64,000 nucleotides of DNA from Mobula birostris. Lineage: Eukaryota. The translations under genes and the position numbers were made by a program. The DNA is taken from NCBI RefSeq assembly GCF_030028105.1, contig NC_092374.1:176972057-177036056 (forward strand), written 5' to 3'. This document shows, in pieces, positions 35,531 to 47,789 of this stretch. The notes beneath the pieces were generated by a model. The model saw only the letters and a list, made by a program, of their open reading frames with translations. It was not told the DNA's origin and searched no databases. Each line of letters begins with the position of its first letter. Position 1 is the first letter of the stretch.

Positions 35531-35984
35531 TTTCAAATTGGTTTGGCACAATATTGTGAGTCAAATAGCCTGTTCCTGTGTTGTACATTTCAATATTCCA
35601 TCTCCCTCCAGATATAATATGCTCCAACTACGACCACCCTCTGCCTTCTTTGGGCAAGCCAATTCCGAATCCATGCAGACAGGTTTCTATGGATCCCATG
35701 CCTCATCATGTCTGAATGTCTACCAAGATATTTCTGGATGAGAAGACCATGACCCGTCACAGGAAGAATGTGCAAACTCCACACGGACCATGCTGGAGAT
35801 CAGGATTGAACCCGTGTCGCTGGAGTAGAGAGGCTTTGCTCTACTTGCTGTGCGATAGTGCCTTCAGATAACAAGCTGAGAGTCCTCCTCGACCCAACCC
35901 ATGATATCCACAAGGCAATAACAAAGGCTGACACTTCTGTCATAATAGCAAATAGTACACATGATCCAGGGAAATAACCGCATT

Positions 35985-36350
35985 AGACCTTAGAACATAA
36001 AACATTACAGTACTGCAATGGGCCCTAAAGCCTATAATGACTGTGCTGTTCATGATGCCTAATTAAACTAAACATCTGTCTGCGCATGGTCCCTATCCCT
36101 TCGTATCCACAGGTCCATGTATCTATCTAAATGCCTTTTAATGACCAGTATGATGTCTGTTCGCACCATCACCTCTGGTAATGCATTCCAGGCACCTACC
36201 AGACTGAGTATATTAAAAATGAACAACTCCTTTAAACTAAAGCTATGGTCTCTAATATTTGACATTTCTAGGCTGGGAAAAAGACTGACTACCCCCTCTC
36301 TGGTGCTGCTGAGGATTATATAAATGCCCTTCAGGCTTACCATGCCTCCA
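35985..36350 (-). mobile_element. CR1 3' fragment
   Basis: ORF 36068..36343 (AWNALPE..V...IKRHLDRYMD); TAGAACATA tail. Confidence 0.7.
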
Positions 36351-36369
36351 ACACTCCAAAGAACACGGA

Positions 36370-36967
36370 TCTGTCCAATCCATTAGCAGGGATTGTGGGC
36401 ATATTTACACCACTCTATGAACCTCAGATTAATTTTTAACTCTACATCAACCCAAATTACACCAATATCCAGGGGTTTCTGTTCCTATTTTAAAGAAAAT
36501 GTTGGACCCTCCCAATCTCATATTAAGGGAAGAATTCTTAGGTATCCGGAGTTCACAACAGGAATTCACTCTTCCATTCAGGTCTTTCCAAATGCCCAGT
36601 AAATCTTTCACTGCTTTATCCCACCAACTTGCCTTGGCAGTAATTCCTCACACCAATGGTCTGATATACAGTATTGAATTGGCGTTAGGGTTGGGAAGAG
36701 CTATTCAGGTCAAGTAGGGCTTTACGAATGAGAAGTTGAAACTTCAACACACCACAACACTGAAACCTGATCGCTGAGTGAGATGTAAGAAAAAGTTATA
36801 ACATTGCAAAACAGACGAGCTGTAAAGTGGCAGAAGATTCAGCTAAGCATTTCCCGCACTGGAGCCAACACTAAGCTTGCTTAGGTGTTGAACCATTAAT
36901 CACAAAACCAGGCAGAGGATCCAGCTTGTGTTCAGAGCTGAGCTTGAGATTTGGGCCAAACACCCAC
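36370..36967 (-). other. Gene B downstream (3' UTR) exon; 3' end not determined
   Basis: Acceptor tttttcttttgcAG (36969-36968) after an 85-nt intron. Homologous to gene A 19344-19441 plus 20087-20520. Confidence 0.55.
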
Positions 36968-37052
36968 CTGCAAAAGAAAAATGAGAAGAGATTGGTTGAG
37001 CAATACTGTGACGGCAAGCAGGATTAGTGAAAGGACCTGCGTGTTTACCCAC

Positions 37053-37165
37053 CTGCACTAAAGTCTTGACTCTCTCCTTGCTGCTCCTCTACACTACTTT
37101 AATCATCATCGTAAGTGTCGCCATCAGCCCCAGCAAAGGACCTGCACCACGAGGCTCCCCGGCTC
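37053..37165 (-). CDS. Gene B terminal coding exon: linker + hydrophobic C-terminus, stop TAG at 37091-37089
   Basis: Acceptor AG (37167-37166). Encodes GAGEPRGAGPLLGLMATLTMMIKVV*. Donor CAG|GTGGGT (37052). Confidence 0.8.
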
Positions 37166-40100
37166 CTACTCACCAAGTAAAGATTGGTAAATTGGTAATA
37201 TTTTAATATTGTTGTCACATGTACTGAGGTACACTGAAAAATCTTTGTACTGCATGCCATCCACAGATAATTGCATTACAATTGCACATTGAGATAATAC
37301 AAGGGGCAAAAATAACAGAATGCAAAGCAACTTGTAACAGTTACAGAGGAAGTAGAGAGCAGGCACACAATAAGGAGCAAGGGCCACAATATGGTTGATC
37401 GTGACATCAAAGGTTAAACGTGCTGTACTATGGAACTCTACAATACTGTTATAACAGCAAAATAGAAGCTGTCCTTGATCATCAGTGTGTGCTTTCAGGC
37501 TTTCGTACCTTCTGCTCAGCAGAAGATGGGGGAAGAAGAAAGAATGTATGGTGCGGGTGATGTCTTATTCACTGGAGCTTAGGAGAATGGGGTGATCTTA
37601 TGCATATTAACAAAGGAAGGAAGTCATTAAACTGGAAAAGGTGTACAAAATATTTGCAAGAATGTTGCCAAGAAAGGTACACTTGAATTAGAAGAGGAGG
37701 TAGCATAGCTTGCCATTATTTTCCCTTGAATGTAAGAGCTTGAGGTATATAGAATAACGTATAAAATCATAAAGACCATAGAGAGGATGAACGCACAATC
37801 TTTTTCCCAGGATTTGGGCATCAGGAACTTTAGGACAAAGGTTTAAGGTGATTAGGGAAAAATATAATAGAAACCTGAGGGCCAACATTCTCAGGCAGAA
37901 GTTGTCAGCACAGGGAAGGAGATGCAAGTGAAAGTGGTTTTGGCAGGTACATTAACATCATTTAAAAAAAAAAATCACTGGAACCAGTAGCTAGACAGGA
38001 AATGTTTGGCAGTATATGGGCCATAGTAGGAATCTTGGTTGGCATGGACCAGTTGTGCAGATTGGCCTGTTTTTGTTCCGAGAGGGTCTATGAATTCTCT
38101 GAATATCAGTCATTTCTCAGCCAGGCAGTGGCCATTGAACAGTCAGGCCTTGACCCACAGGCCCAATTGCTTCTCAGTTGTTTCTTTCCTTGAGTGTCTA
38201 TTATGTTTCTTTGGCCCACAACTCATAATTGCTTCTTATGACTGAACACAAACAAGAGAAAATCTGAAGATACTGTAATCTTGCAAATAATAACTTTCAG
38301 CAAGGACATGGGACATGTTTTTTGAAGAAAGAAACGTTCAGAGGCATGTAAGAGAAGAATGGACTACTTGATCAGCTCTTTCAAAGTGATAGACAGGATG
38401 GTAAAGAAAGCCTACAGGATTTATTAATCAGGGCATGAAATATAATTTGTTTTATTTAGAGATACTGTACAGACCAGCCCCTGCTGGACCAATGCACTGC
38501 ACCACCCAACAACCTCCCTATTTAACACCAGCCTCATCATAGAACAATTTACAATGACGAATTAACCCACTAGCTGGTACATCCATGGACTAAGGGAGGA
38601 AACCGGAGCACCCAGAGGATATCCAGGCAGTTCATGGAGAGAACGTACAAACTCTTACAGACGGCATTGGAACTGAACTCTGAACTACAGTACCATAGTG
38701 ACCTCTGAAGCCTGGTACAGTTTTACTGGGGAGATACATCATCAGGTCATTCAAAGAGGTAGGTAAAGTAATGAACAAAGTGTACAGGATACGAGTGTTC
38801 ATTAATATGGGCACAGAATACAAGACCAAGGAAATTATGGTACAGCTTTACAAAACATTACCTAGGCTACATCCCAAGTACTTGATACATTTTCAGTCAC
38901 CAGTCCAGAGGAACAATTTGATTGCACGGGACAGAGTACACAGGAGATTCACCAGGATTTTATTGGGATGCAGTGTTTCAGCGAAGAAGCTGGGTTTGAT
39001 TTCCCTGAACGGGAGGACACTGAGAGAGGAGCTGATGGCATTATACAAAATTGTTAGGGGCATTGAAAGGAAAAATGTACAAAATGCTGAAAGAACAAAG
39101 CTTTTTTTAACTGCAGTAGTTTGTATACTGCTCCCACTTAATTTCTTTTATAAAACAGCAGCAAACTTTTCCCCATAGGAGAGTTGCTTATTACTGTAGA
39201 GGTAGGTTTAAGGCAAGGATTAAGAGATTTAGAGAGAATAGAGAGAAGATTTTTTTTTAAATTAATGGGTTAGTGGGAGATGGGAATGCTCTGCCTAAGG
39301 GGCTGGTATAGGCAGACATTCTCACAGCGTTTAAAAATTATTTTGATATCTACAAAGTATAAGAAGCTGCAGAGAATTGTTGACACAGTCAGCTCCATCA
39401 TGGGCAGAAACCACCCCACCACCGAAGACATCTTCAAGCGGTAGCGCTTCAAGAAGGTGGCATCCAGTACTCAGGACCCTTGCCATCAGGGACATGCCCT
39501 CTTCTCCTTTAATGTAATCAGGGAAAAGATACAGGACTCACAAAGAAGCCACTAATCAGAAATATCTTCTTTTCTTCTATCATTCATGAATAGTCATGAA
39601 CCCATGAACACAACCTCATTATTCCAATTTTTGCACTAATTACTTCATTTTATAATTTATGTTATTTTTCAGTCATGGAGCACTACAGCACAGAAGTAGT
39701 CCATTTGGCCCATCTAGTCCGTCAAAATGCCATTCTGCTTATTCCCTTCAATCCACATCTGGCTCTAGACCTACATACTCTTCTCATTCACGCACCTTGG
39801 GCTGGCAGTCTTCCTCCAGCTAGTAAATCTCACCTATAGCTATAGTATCATAATTTCATGAGTTGGACCATGTTCTAAGCTCATACACCTTTTATGTCTT
39901 TGCACTGTACTGCTGTTGCAAAAGAACAATCTTCATATCATAATTCTGACAAGCACTTGAATCATCGAGGAAGAGAAGGCCGAAGTACAGACCAAGTACT
40001 GGTTGGAATAGACTGGCACCAGAGGGTCAGCATGTATGTGGTGAGCCAAATGGCTTCCTTCAATACTGTATGAATTTATGAACCACCACAACAGAATGAA

Positions 40101-43100
40101 GCAAATTCTATACCGTACGATGACCTACCTCCCTGCACCATCAGTGCCCCCGGCAGGCTGCTGTGCTTGACATGACAGGTATAGATGTTCATATCATTAT
40201 CCTGCAGCTCAATGACTAGTTCCATCCAGTATGTAGCATTGTAGTTTGGTAGCACGGTCACCTCGTAGCCCTTGGAGACAACCAGTCCATTCTTCAGCCA
40301 AGTGGCGTTGATAGCACGGGGGTAGAAGGGAGTGATGATGCATGACAGACTCTCGCCCTCAGTAGCTGTTGGCCTCTTTTTCAACACCTGAACCTCTGGA
40401 GCAACTAGGGAAGAATGAAGAATTAACGTCACTAAGTCAACACAAACTTATATTATCTTACCATTACAAATGGAAGTTACAGTGTCCAAGAGTGGGATTC
40501 TTACTCTTTACTGCCTCAAACCAGGACCTACCTCACCATTAATCACTATCTTGCCCGAATTCATCTCCTCAGCTCAAGGCCATGCAGACTATAGCCAGCA
40601 GTAATTTTCATTCATCTGACAGGCCTAGATCAAGGTTATAGCCACCATTACCAATCTTTATGTCACCCATAGTCCCAAGTCAATATTACCTCATATTCCA
40701 AGATTGATCATGCCATCATCATCCCAAATTAAGTTTAGTTTACCAGCCTTAATTGGGAGATCCTTCAAAATTCCTGATCAAGAGATGCCCTCAATGTCCT
40801 GGATTGGGAGATCTGTTACTGTGTCTAAATAGAAGTTCCAACACAATCCCTGACTTGGACATCATTAGTCACCTTCAACTGAGGTATCCTTCACCCCAGA
40901 TAAGGACATCGCTCACCATTCAGAATTGGGAGATCCCCCAGTGTCGCAGATTGGGACCTCTCTCATCTTCTTAGACCAGAACACTGCTCACCAAATGACA
41001 CTTTGATGGTGAGTCCCCTCATTCTCCTGAATCAAAAGCTCCCTCACAAACTCAGAATCAGGCTGCCCCCGTCCATTTGTGTCAAGACACCCCTGAATAT
41101 CTCGGATCAGGAGTCCATCAATTGTCTGAAGCAGGAGTTCCCTCACAGAGCTTACAGTATGTAATCAGATGTTCTACTTGCCTTGCCTTTCAAGCTCCTC
41201 TCTGCCAAGCTGAAGACCTTTCTGCAAATACTGAATGCAGGTACTGTTCATCACATAAATTTCAGGAATATCAGCAATATTAACTTGCTGAAGATAATCA
41301 TTGACCAACATCAGGACACCAGTGGTAATACACTTCCCGGTAGTAAAGTCACAAATGAGCTCTCCCAAATCTTGGCAGCCAATCTTGAGGAAGGTTTTGA
41401 ATGTATTTGCAGACTGCGTACAGCCCAGAAGCCCCTGGATGTATCTGATGCCTGGAAGGCACCAACAGGTTAATCTGTGTTAGTGGCTGAATATTCGAAA
41501 TCTTCAACCATTCCCACCTGCATAATGTCCTGCTAAACATGTAAATACCATGTGCACTGTCTTGTGCAACACTTTCTCAGTAGGGTGAAGTATATGACAT
41601 GTCCCCTTTGACCCTCAGTCATGTTTATTGATGTACAATATAGGCATCACAGCTTGGTATGGCATCAGGCCTGCTCATGATCACAAGAAGAAGAAGAAGA
41701 AGAAGAAGAAGAAGAAGAAGAAGAAGAAAGCCCTTAACTCCGAGTGGAATCATTGGGACACCGTCATGATGGAGTTTTTTTAGCCTGCTTTCTTATTTTT
41801 AAAGAGGCCGAGTTGCTAGCTCGACGCTCAACGCAGCACGAATGGAAAGCGTGCAAGGGAGCCGACTGGATTCGGTCTCGGGAGCCTTTGCTCAGAAGTT
41901 CAGCGCTGATGCCACTAGGCCACCGGCTGGCTCATGATCACAAGAAACTGCAAAAAGTTATGGATACAGATCAGCACACACAGCCCCCCCCACCCCGTAC
42001 ATTCTATCTACATTTCTCGCTGCTTCAGTAAATCAGACAACAAAATCAAAGACCCCATCCACGCACAAGTTTTAAATTGGGGTAGGGAAAATTATAAGGG
42101 CAATAGGCAGGTTCTAAGAAGTGTTAATTGAGAACACTTTTTCTCTGGCAAATCTACAATAGACATGCGGAGTGTGTCTAAATATCAATTTCTAGAGTAC
42201 AGGAGAAGTATGTTCTTGGTTAGAAAGAAGGACGGGGATGAAAAGAAAAGGGAACCTTGGATGTCCAGAATGGTAATGAGCTTAGACAAGAAGAAAAAAG
42301 AGAAGTTATATAAAGCTTTGGAAGTCAAATCAAACAAAGCATATGAGGAGTATAAACAAGCCAGAAAAGAATGAAAGAAGGTAATTAGGAAAGCCAGGAG
42401 GGGCCATGAAAAATCCTTGACAAGTAGCATTAAGGTGAATCCCACGGCATTCTACACATACGTCACAGGATAAAAGGATGGGAAATACTTACTTGGATGC
42501 TAAGAATGTGAATGAGGTACTTAATGAGTACAGTGCCTCAGTATTTACCGGAGAAAAGGATATGGAGGACTAGGAGATCAGTACTGAGTGTAAAATACAT
42601 TAGGGCATTTAGAGGTTAAGGAGAAAACAGTGTTGGCCGTCCTAAATAGGAGTTCCCACACTATGTGTGACTTGGACATCATTAGGAGTATTAAAGTGGA
42701 TAAGGCCCCAGGGTTTGATGGGATTTACCCCAGATTCTTGTAGGAGGCAAGAGGTGAGATTTCTAGGCCCTTGACCAGTACCTTTGTGTCCTATCTAGCC
42801 ACAGGCAAGGTTGTAGAGGACTGGTGAGTGGTTAATGTTGTACTGCTGTTTAAGATGGGAACAAGGGAAAATCCTGGGAACTACAGACTGGTGAGTCTCA
42901 CATCAGTTGTCGGGAAATTACTGAAGAGAATTCTTAGGGACGGGATATATGAGCATTTGAAAATCCATGGCCTAATGAGAGAGCCAGCATGGCTTTGTGT
43001 GTGGCAAGGTGTGTCTTACCAACCTAACTGAGTTTTCTTGGATAAGCTGAGAGAGAGATTGATGAAGGTAGGGCAGTGGAGGATTTCAGTAAGGCATTTA

Positions 43101-45764
43101 AAAAAGTCCCTCATGGGAGGCTAATCCAGAAGATTAAGATCTATGGTTTCCATGGCAAATTGGCTGTTTGGATTCAGAACTGGCTTGCACAGAGAAGACA
43201 GAGGGTGGTGGTTTAAGGGAACTATTTGAGCTTGAGGTCTGTGATTAGTAGAGTTGCACAGGGATTTGTGCTAGGACCTCTGCTGCTTGTGACGTATATA
43301 AATGACCAGGCTGAAAATGTAGATGGATGGGTTGGTAAATTTGCAGTTGATACCAAGATTGGTGGAATTGTGGATAGTGTAGATGACTGGCAAAGGTTAC
43401 AGCATTATATAGATCAGTTGCAGAAAAAATAGCAGTTGGAGTTTAACCCAGATAAATGTGAGGTGTTGGACATTGTAGGGTAAATGCAAGGATACAGTAC
43501 TGTTAAGGGCAATGTCCTTAACAGTGTTGCTGAGCAGAGAGCTGTTGGGACCAAGTTCATAGCTCCTTGAAAGTGGCTACGTAGGTCAATAAAGTGGTTA
43601 AAATGGAATGCTTGCTTTTACTAATTGAAGCACTGAGTTCAAAAGTCAGGAGGTTATGTTACAATTTAATAAAATTCTGGTTCGGTCACATCTGGGGTAT
43701 TGTCTATGGATCTGGCCAACCCACTAGAGGAAGGATGTTGAGGCTTTGGAGAGGATGATGAAGAGGTTCACCAGGATGCTGCCTGGTTTAGAGGGCACGT
43801 GCTATCACACGAGGCTGGATAAACATGGGTTTCCCTGGAGCATCAGAGGCCAATGGGTGATCTGATAGAGGTTAAAGAGGGGTGTGATTAGAGAGCATCT
43901 GTTTCCCAGGGTTGAAATGTCTAACACCAGAGGACATGCATAGAAGGTGAGAGGTGTTAAGTTCAAGAGGGATCTGAGGGGCAATTCTTTTCTTTACTCA
44001 GAGTCATGGATGCCTAGTATAGTGGTAGAGGCAAATACATTAAAGGATTTCAAGAGACATTTCGATAGGCACATTGATATAAGGAGGATGGATGTATATG
44101 GATGTGGTGTAGGTAGGACGGATTAGCGTTTGGGTGTTTTTGATTAGCTTTTTAGCCGGTTCAGCACAACACTGTTGTGCTCTTCTGTGTTCGATGGCAT
44201 TCTCTCTTCTTCCCCATCCCATAGGGCAGAAGATACAAAAGCCTGAAAACATATATCACCGGGGTCAAGGGCAGCTTTTATCCTGCTGTTATCAGTCTAT
44301 GTATAGTCCCCTGGTACAATAATATGAAATCCTGACCTCACAAACACCCATATTATGGTTTTACACCTTATGGTCTGTTTTCATTGCACTTTCTCTATGA
44401 CTGTAACAATTCATTCTCCATTCTGTTATTGCTTTCTCTTGCACCTCAATGTACTGTGGTAATGAAATGACATGTACAGATGGTGTGCAAAATAAAGTTG
44501 TTGTTCACTGGACCTTAGCAGATACGACAATAACAAATCAATTTACCAATTTACCATGAAGCACACAAAGCAATGGCAAAGAGCATGGGATCACAGTGTT
44601 CTGCATGCAGTGTGTGGTACACATGACAGGATCAGTAATGAACGTGAGCATGAGAGTGTGGCACAGTGGAATATTGTTGGTGGAGGGGGTGATCTGTACA
44701 GAGTGTATATCATTGCATGATATAATGCAGGGGTCATGATGAAGGACTGTGTACTGCATATCAGTGTGTGGAGAAGGTAGCACACCAACATCTTTGCTTA
44801 GAAGTCTAAGGAGATTCAGCATGTCATTGAAAACTCTGACAAATTTATAGAAATCACGTCCTAGTATTGAAACTCTCTCCCATTGAGGACATTTACCAGT
44901 GAAGGTGACATTCTTCAGCAGGGACAACCACCATCAGGGCCGTGTCCTCTTCCCCATGCTGCCATCAAGCATGAGTTCCAGTAGCCAGAAAACCCACACC
45001 TCAAGGTTTAGCACCTTTCCCTCCACTGCCATCAGGTTCTTGAACCAAGCTGAAAAACCCCAACATTACCTCTAATGATTTTTCTCTCAATATGCACAAG
45101 TATCATTATGTTTTTGTACACATGCAAATTACATGTAATATATTTGAATTTTACTTTATATTAACTTATGTTTGCTTGACCTGTGCAAAGCCAGAGAGGC
45201 AGTGGGTCTGATTCTCACTATTTCTTGGAGGAGATCAGTGTAGAGTGAGCAGTGGGTTCTCAGAAATAGATTCTCAGTGTGTTTTGAAGGGCAAAATTTC
45301 TCTTGCAAATGTGGGATACAGATGGAATGCTTTTAATTGAAGGTAAATATTTGTTACAGGATGTTGAGAGGGCATATAACCCTTGAAAGATTTGAAACCA
45401 AGGATAGGAATTTTAAAACTGATACAACTTAATTGGGTCCATTGAAAGGTCAACATGTTTTCAGTGTGTAAGTCACTGTGAGCCTCGAAGAAGAGTGGAG
45501 ATCAAAGACACGTACCAAGCATCGAGGCGAATGGAGTCAGATTAGGAGGAAGTAACTTTTTAATTGCGTCCGGGATCTCTTTCTGGTTTTTCCAGTCGTT
45601 AGCTGAAAAGCCGTCCATGATCCACTGTTGCTTGGCTTCTACCCTCTGGATGGTGCTGTCATAGTAGCATATCTGCAGGTCATCCAACATCCCAACCATG
45701 GAGATGTATGGCAGCTCAGGAATGTTTATTGAATGGAGGTAGAAATATGTCAAGCTGTGGGAGA
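37053..45764 (-). CDS. Non-classical MHC class I-like heavy chain gene B (paralog of gene A; leader exon not found)
   Basis: Four open exons (249, 270, 276, 113 nt) in phase 1 on the minus strand, with the same domain order, splice phases, GC donor and stop position as gene A. Confidence 0.9.
38480..38700 (-). mobile_element. tRNA-derived SINE (HE1/V-SINE-like) in gene B intron
   Basis: GGGAGGAAACCGGAGCACCC...GAGAACGTACAAACTC, the reverse complement of a typical fish/shark SINE body. Confidence 0.65.
40129..40404 (-). CDS. Gene B exon: alpha3 Ig C1-set domain
   Basis: Acceptor ttccctAG (40406-40405). Encodes VAPEVQVLKKRPTATEGESLSCIITPFYPRAINATWLKNGLVVSKGYEVTVLPNYNATYWMELVIELQDNDMNIYTCHVKHSSLPGALMVQG. 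Donor G|GTAGGT (40128). Confidence 0.92.
41182..41451 (-). CDS. Gene B exon: MHC class I alpha2 domain (GC donor)
   Basis: Acceptor ccttccAG (41453-41452). Encodes GIRYIQGLLGCTQSANTFKTFLKIGCQDLGELICDFTTGKCITTGVLMLVNDYLQQVNIADIPEIYVMNSTCIQYLQKGLQLGREELERQ. Ends CAAG|GCAAGT (41181). Confidence 0.88.
41690..41929 (-). mobile_element. tRNA-derived SINE with (TTC)n tail and 17-bp TSD, inserted in a Rex-like fragment (41560-42050)
   Basis: A box TGGCCTAGTGG and B-box-like GACCGAATCC on the minus strand. (AAG)14 at 41685-41726. TSD GCTCATGATCACAAGAA at 41673-41689 and 41930-41946. Confidence 0.85.
42070..44150 (+). mobile_element. CR1 LINE ORF2 remnant to 3' end
   Basis: ORFs 42165..42374, 42828..43031 (GNYRLVSLTSVVGKLL) and 43226..43432 (QGFVLGP, KFAVDTK). 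Confidence 0.88.
44560..45070 (+). mobile_element. Rex1/Babar-like fragment(s)
   Basis: HHQGRVLFPMLPSS..SSQKTHTSRF...AIRFLN-like C-terminal motif at 44925-45050. Confidence 0.5.
45516..45764 (-). CDS. Gene B exon: MHC class I alpha1 domain
   Basis: Acceptor ttttttcAG (45766-45765). Encodes VSHSLTYFYLHSINIPELPYISMVGMLDDLQICYYDSTIQRVEAKQQWIMDGFSANDWKNQKEIPDAIKKLLPPNLTPFASML. Donor G|GTACGT (45515). Confidence 0.9.
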
Positions 45765-47789
45765 CTGAAAAAAAGAAGAGAGTGAGAGAGGAGTGTGAGA
45801 AAATAACTAAGGATGCCCTCCGTTTATAAGGCACAACTCAAAGGTCTGGTGGAAAACTCTCCACTTGCCCAAATTAATGCACAGGCACACAGATTAGACA
45901 CTCACCTCCCCCCAGTGATTGGCTCCCCATCCACGTGGAACCACCACCACTAAAATAGGCCTCATTGCATCAGCCGGGTATAAATCCCAAGCAGCTCTGG
46001 ATAGAAGGACCCAACTGCAGAGGGGATGGAAAATGAAGGTTCTCAATCCTCCAAACTATTGAGCAACTTGGGTATCATCATTGAAGATGCTTGGATAGGT
46101 ACACAGATAGGAAATGTTTAGAGGGATATGAGCCAAATGAGCCAAGTTAGATGGTAATCTTGGCTGACATGGACCTGTTGGGTCTAAGTGCCTGCTTCTC
46201 TGCTGTGAGGATGTAGCAACAACTCTTGACACTGACTAACTGAGGGCTTGTCCAAAATTGAGAGAGCATAGACTTAGTACTATCCGGACCTGAACACCAT
46301 TGTGGATATATCCACACCTCGAGTACAGCACCAGGTCAAAAAGGCAGCTCTTTGCCACCTTCTCAAGAACATCTTGGGTTGGGGAATTAAACAGTGGTTC
46401 AGTTTGTGAATCCACGTCCATGAGTGAATAAAGCAAATAAAATATTTTTTAAATGAAGCCTTATTTACCACATATGAAACACCACTGTAGCACCTGTCTT
46501 ATTGTGTGCGACTAGTCGCTGCACTCTTTGAGAAAATCAAATTACATAGTACTACATTGGGTGCTAGTAGGCCATCAGAAGCTTCTAGGTATCGGAAGGA
46601 GGCAGTGAATAGAAACCACATACTTCTGGAGATAAGTTCTGTTTATAAGAAAACAACAATATGTACAAACTATTTACATGAGCAAGAACAATTCAAAATT
46701 CCAACATTCTGTTCAGGTTCTTAATCTTAGATATCAAACCAAAACAAATTCCTCTTTAATTTGAATCAGTGAGATTCCTTTATTACTCTAACTTCTCTAA
46801 CTAATTAGATCTAGTGTAGATCCCTATTTAAAAGTTTACAGACAACCTTTTCCTTTTAACTTATCCCTAGTTAGTTAGAAAACCAAATATAATTCCTATT
46901 CTTAAGCATTATAATTAACTTCAGTTTCATTTCCAGTGTATCTACAAGTTTTGAACTCAAATCAAAAGTTATATATACACAGTTTAACCCCTTTCATAAT
47001 TCTGTAACTTCACAACTTTTAAACAAAGTAAATCTCATTCAGTGACTTATCAAAGTCTTTGCAAAGTAATCAGTTCTTTCAGAAAATCTAATTCGGATTC
47101 TTTGAATGAAAATGAACTTACACATCCAACCATATTAAATCCTTTGCGTCATTACACATTTCGTTCCTGCGCTGGCTCATTGAATCTTGCGTAGCTCAGC
47201 ATCTTCTTTTTTGGCTTATTGCAATGACATAGTTTATCATCCACGGCAGGTCAATTCACAATCTTGCACAAAAACTTGACCAAATCCCTTGGTATGATTT
47301 TATAAAACTAATGTCCAGTTACACGGTAGAGATCTTGGACACTCGCCTCTGCTGATATTGTCCCGTTTTTGCTGCTGCATGTTATAGCCGTAGCTTCAGT
47401 AAATCTTTGATCACTATTGTCTCTTCTCCAGGGGTTTCACCCTGAGATTTTCAAGTTACTAGGGTAAAGCTACACACTAATAATTCCACTCTTAACAGTT
47501 AATGTCTTCAGCTTCTAATCGTTTTTGCGTTTCTCTCTCCTCCCGTGCCTGCGTCAGCCACGCCTTGTTCTCGCACAGCATTTTTTTTTTCAAGTTCTCT
47601 TTGGTAAACTTCATTTTCATCCCTCCGCAGGTGGAACTTTCTAACATTACGTCTTTGGGTTTAACTAACCTGGGTTACACATACACTTTCAAACATAGGA
47701 AAATATGGCGCCTAACGGTGACTCCTTTGCTTGCATCTTCGGAAACAGCTCTACAGTGTTTCCATCTTTAATATCTCTATTTTTCTCTT

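Noticed and set aside
45906-45965. Candidate leader exon for gene B (minus; MRPILVVVVPRGWG..., donor GAG|GTGAGT)
   Set aside because: It ends in phase 0 rather than the required phase 1. The hydrophobic core is too short, and the sequence (GGATGGGG.GCCAATCA) belongs to the old LINE fragment shared with gene A.
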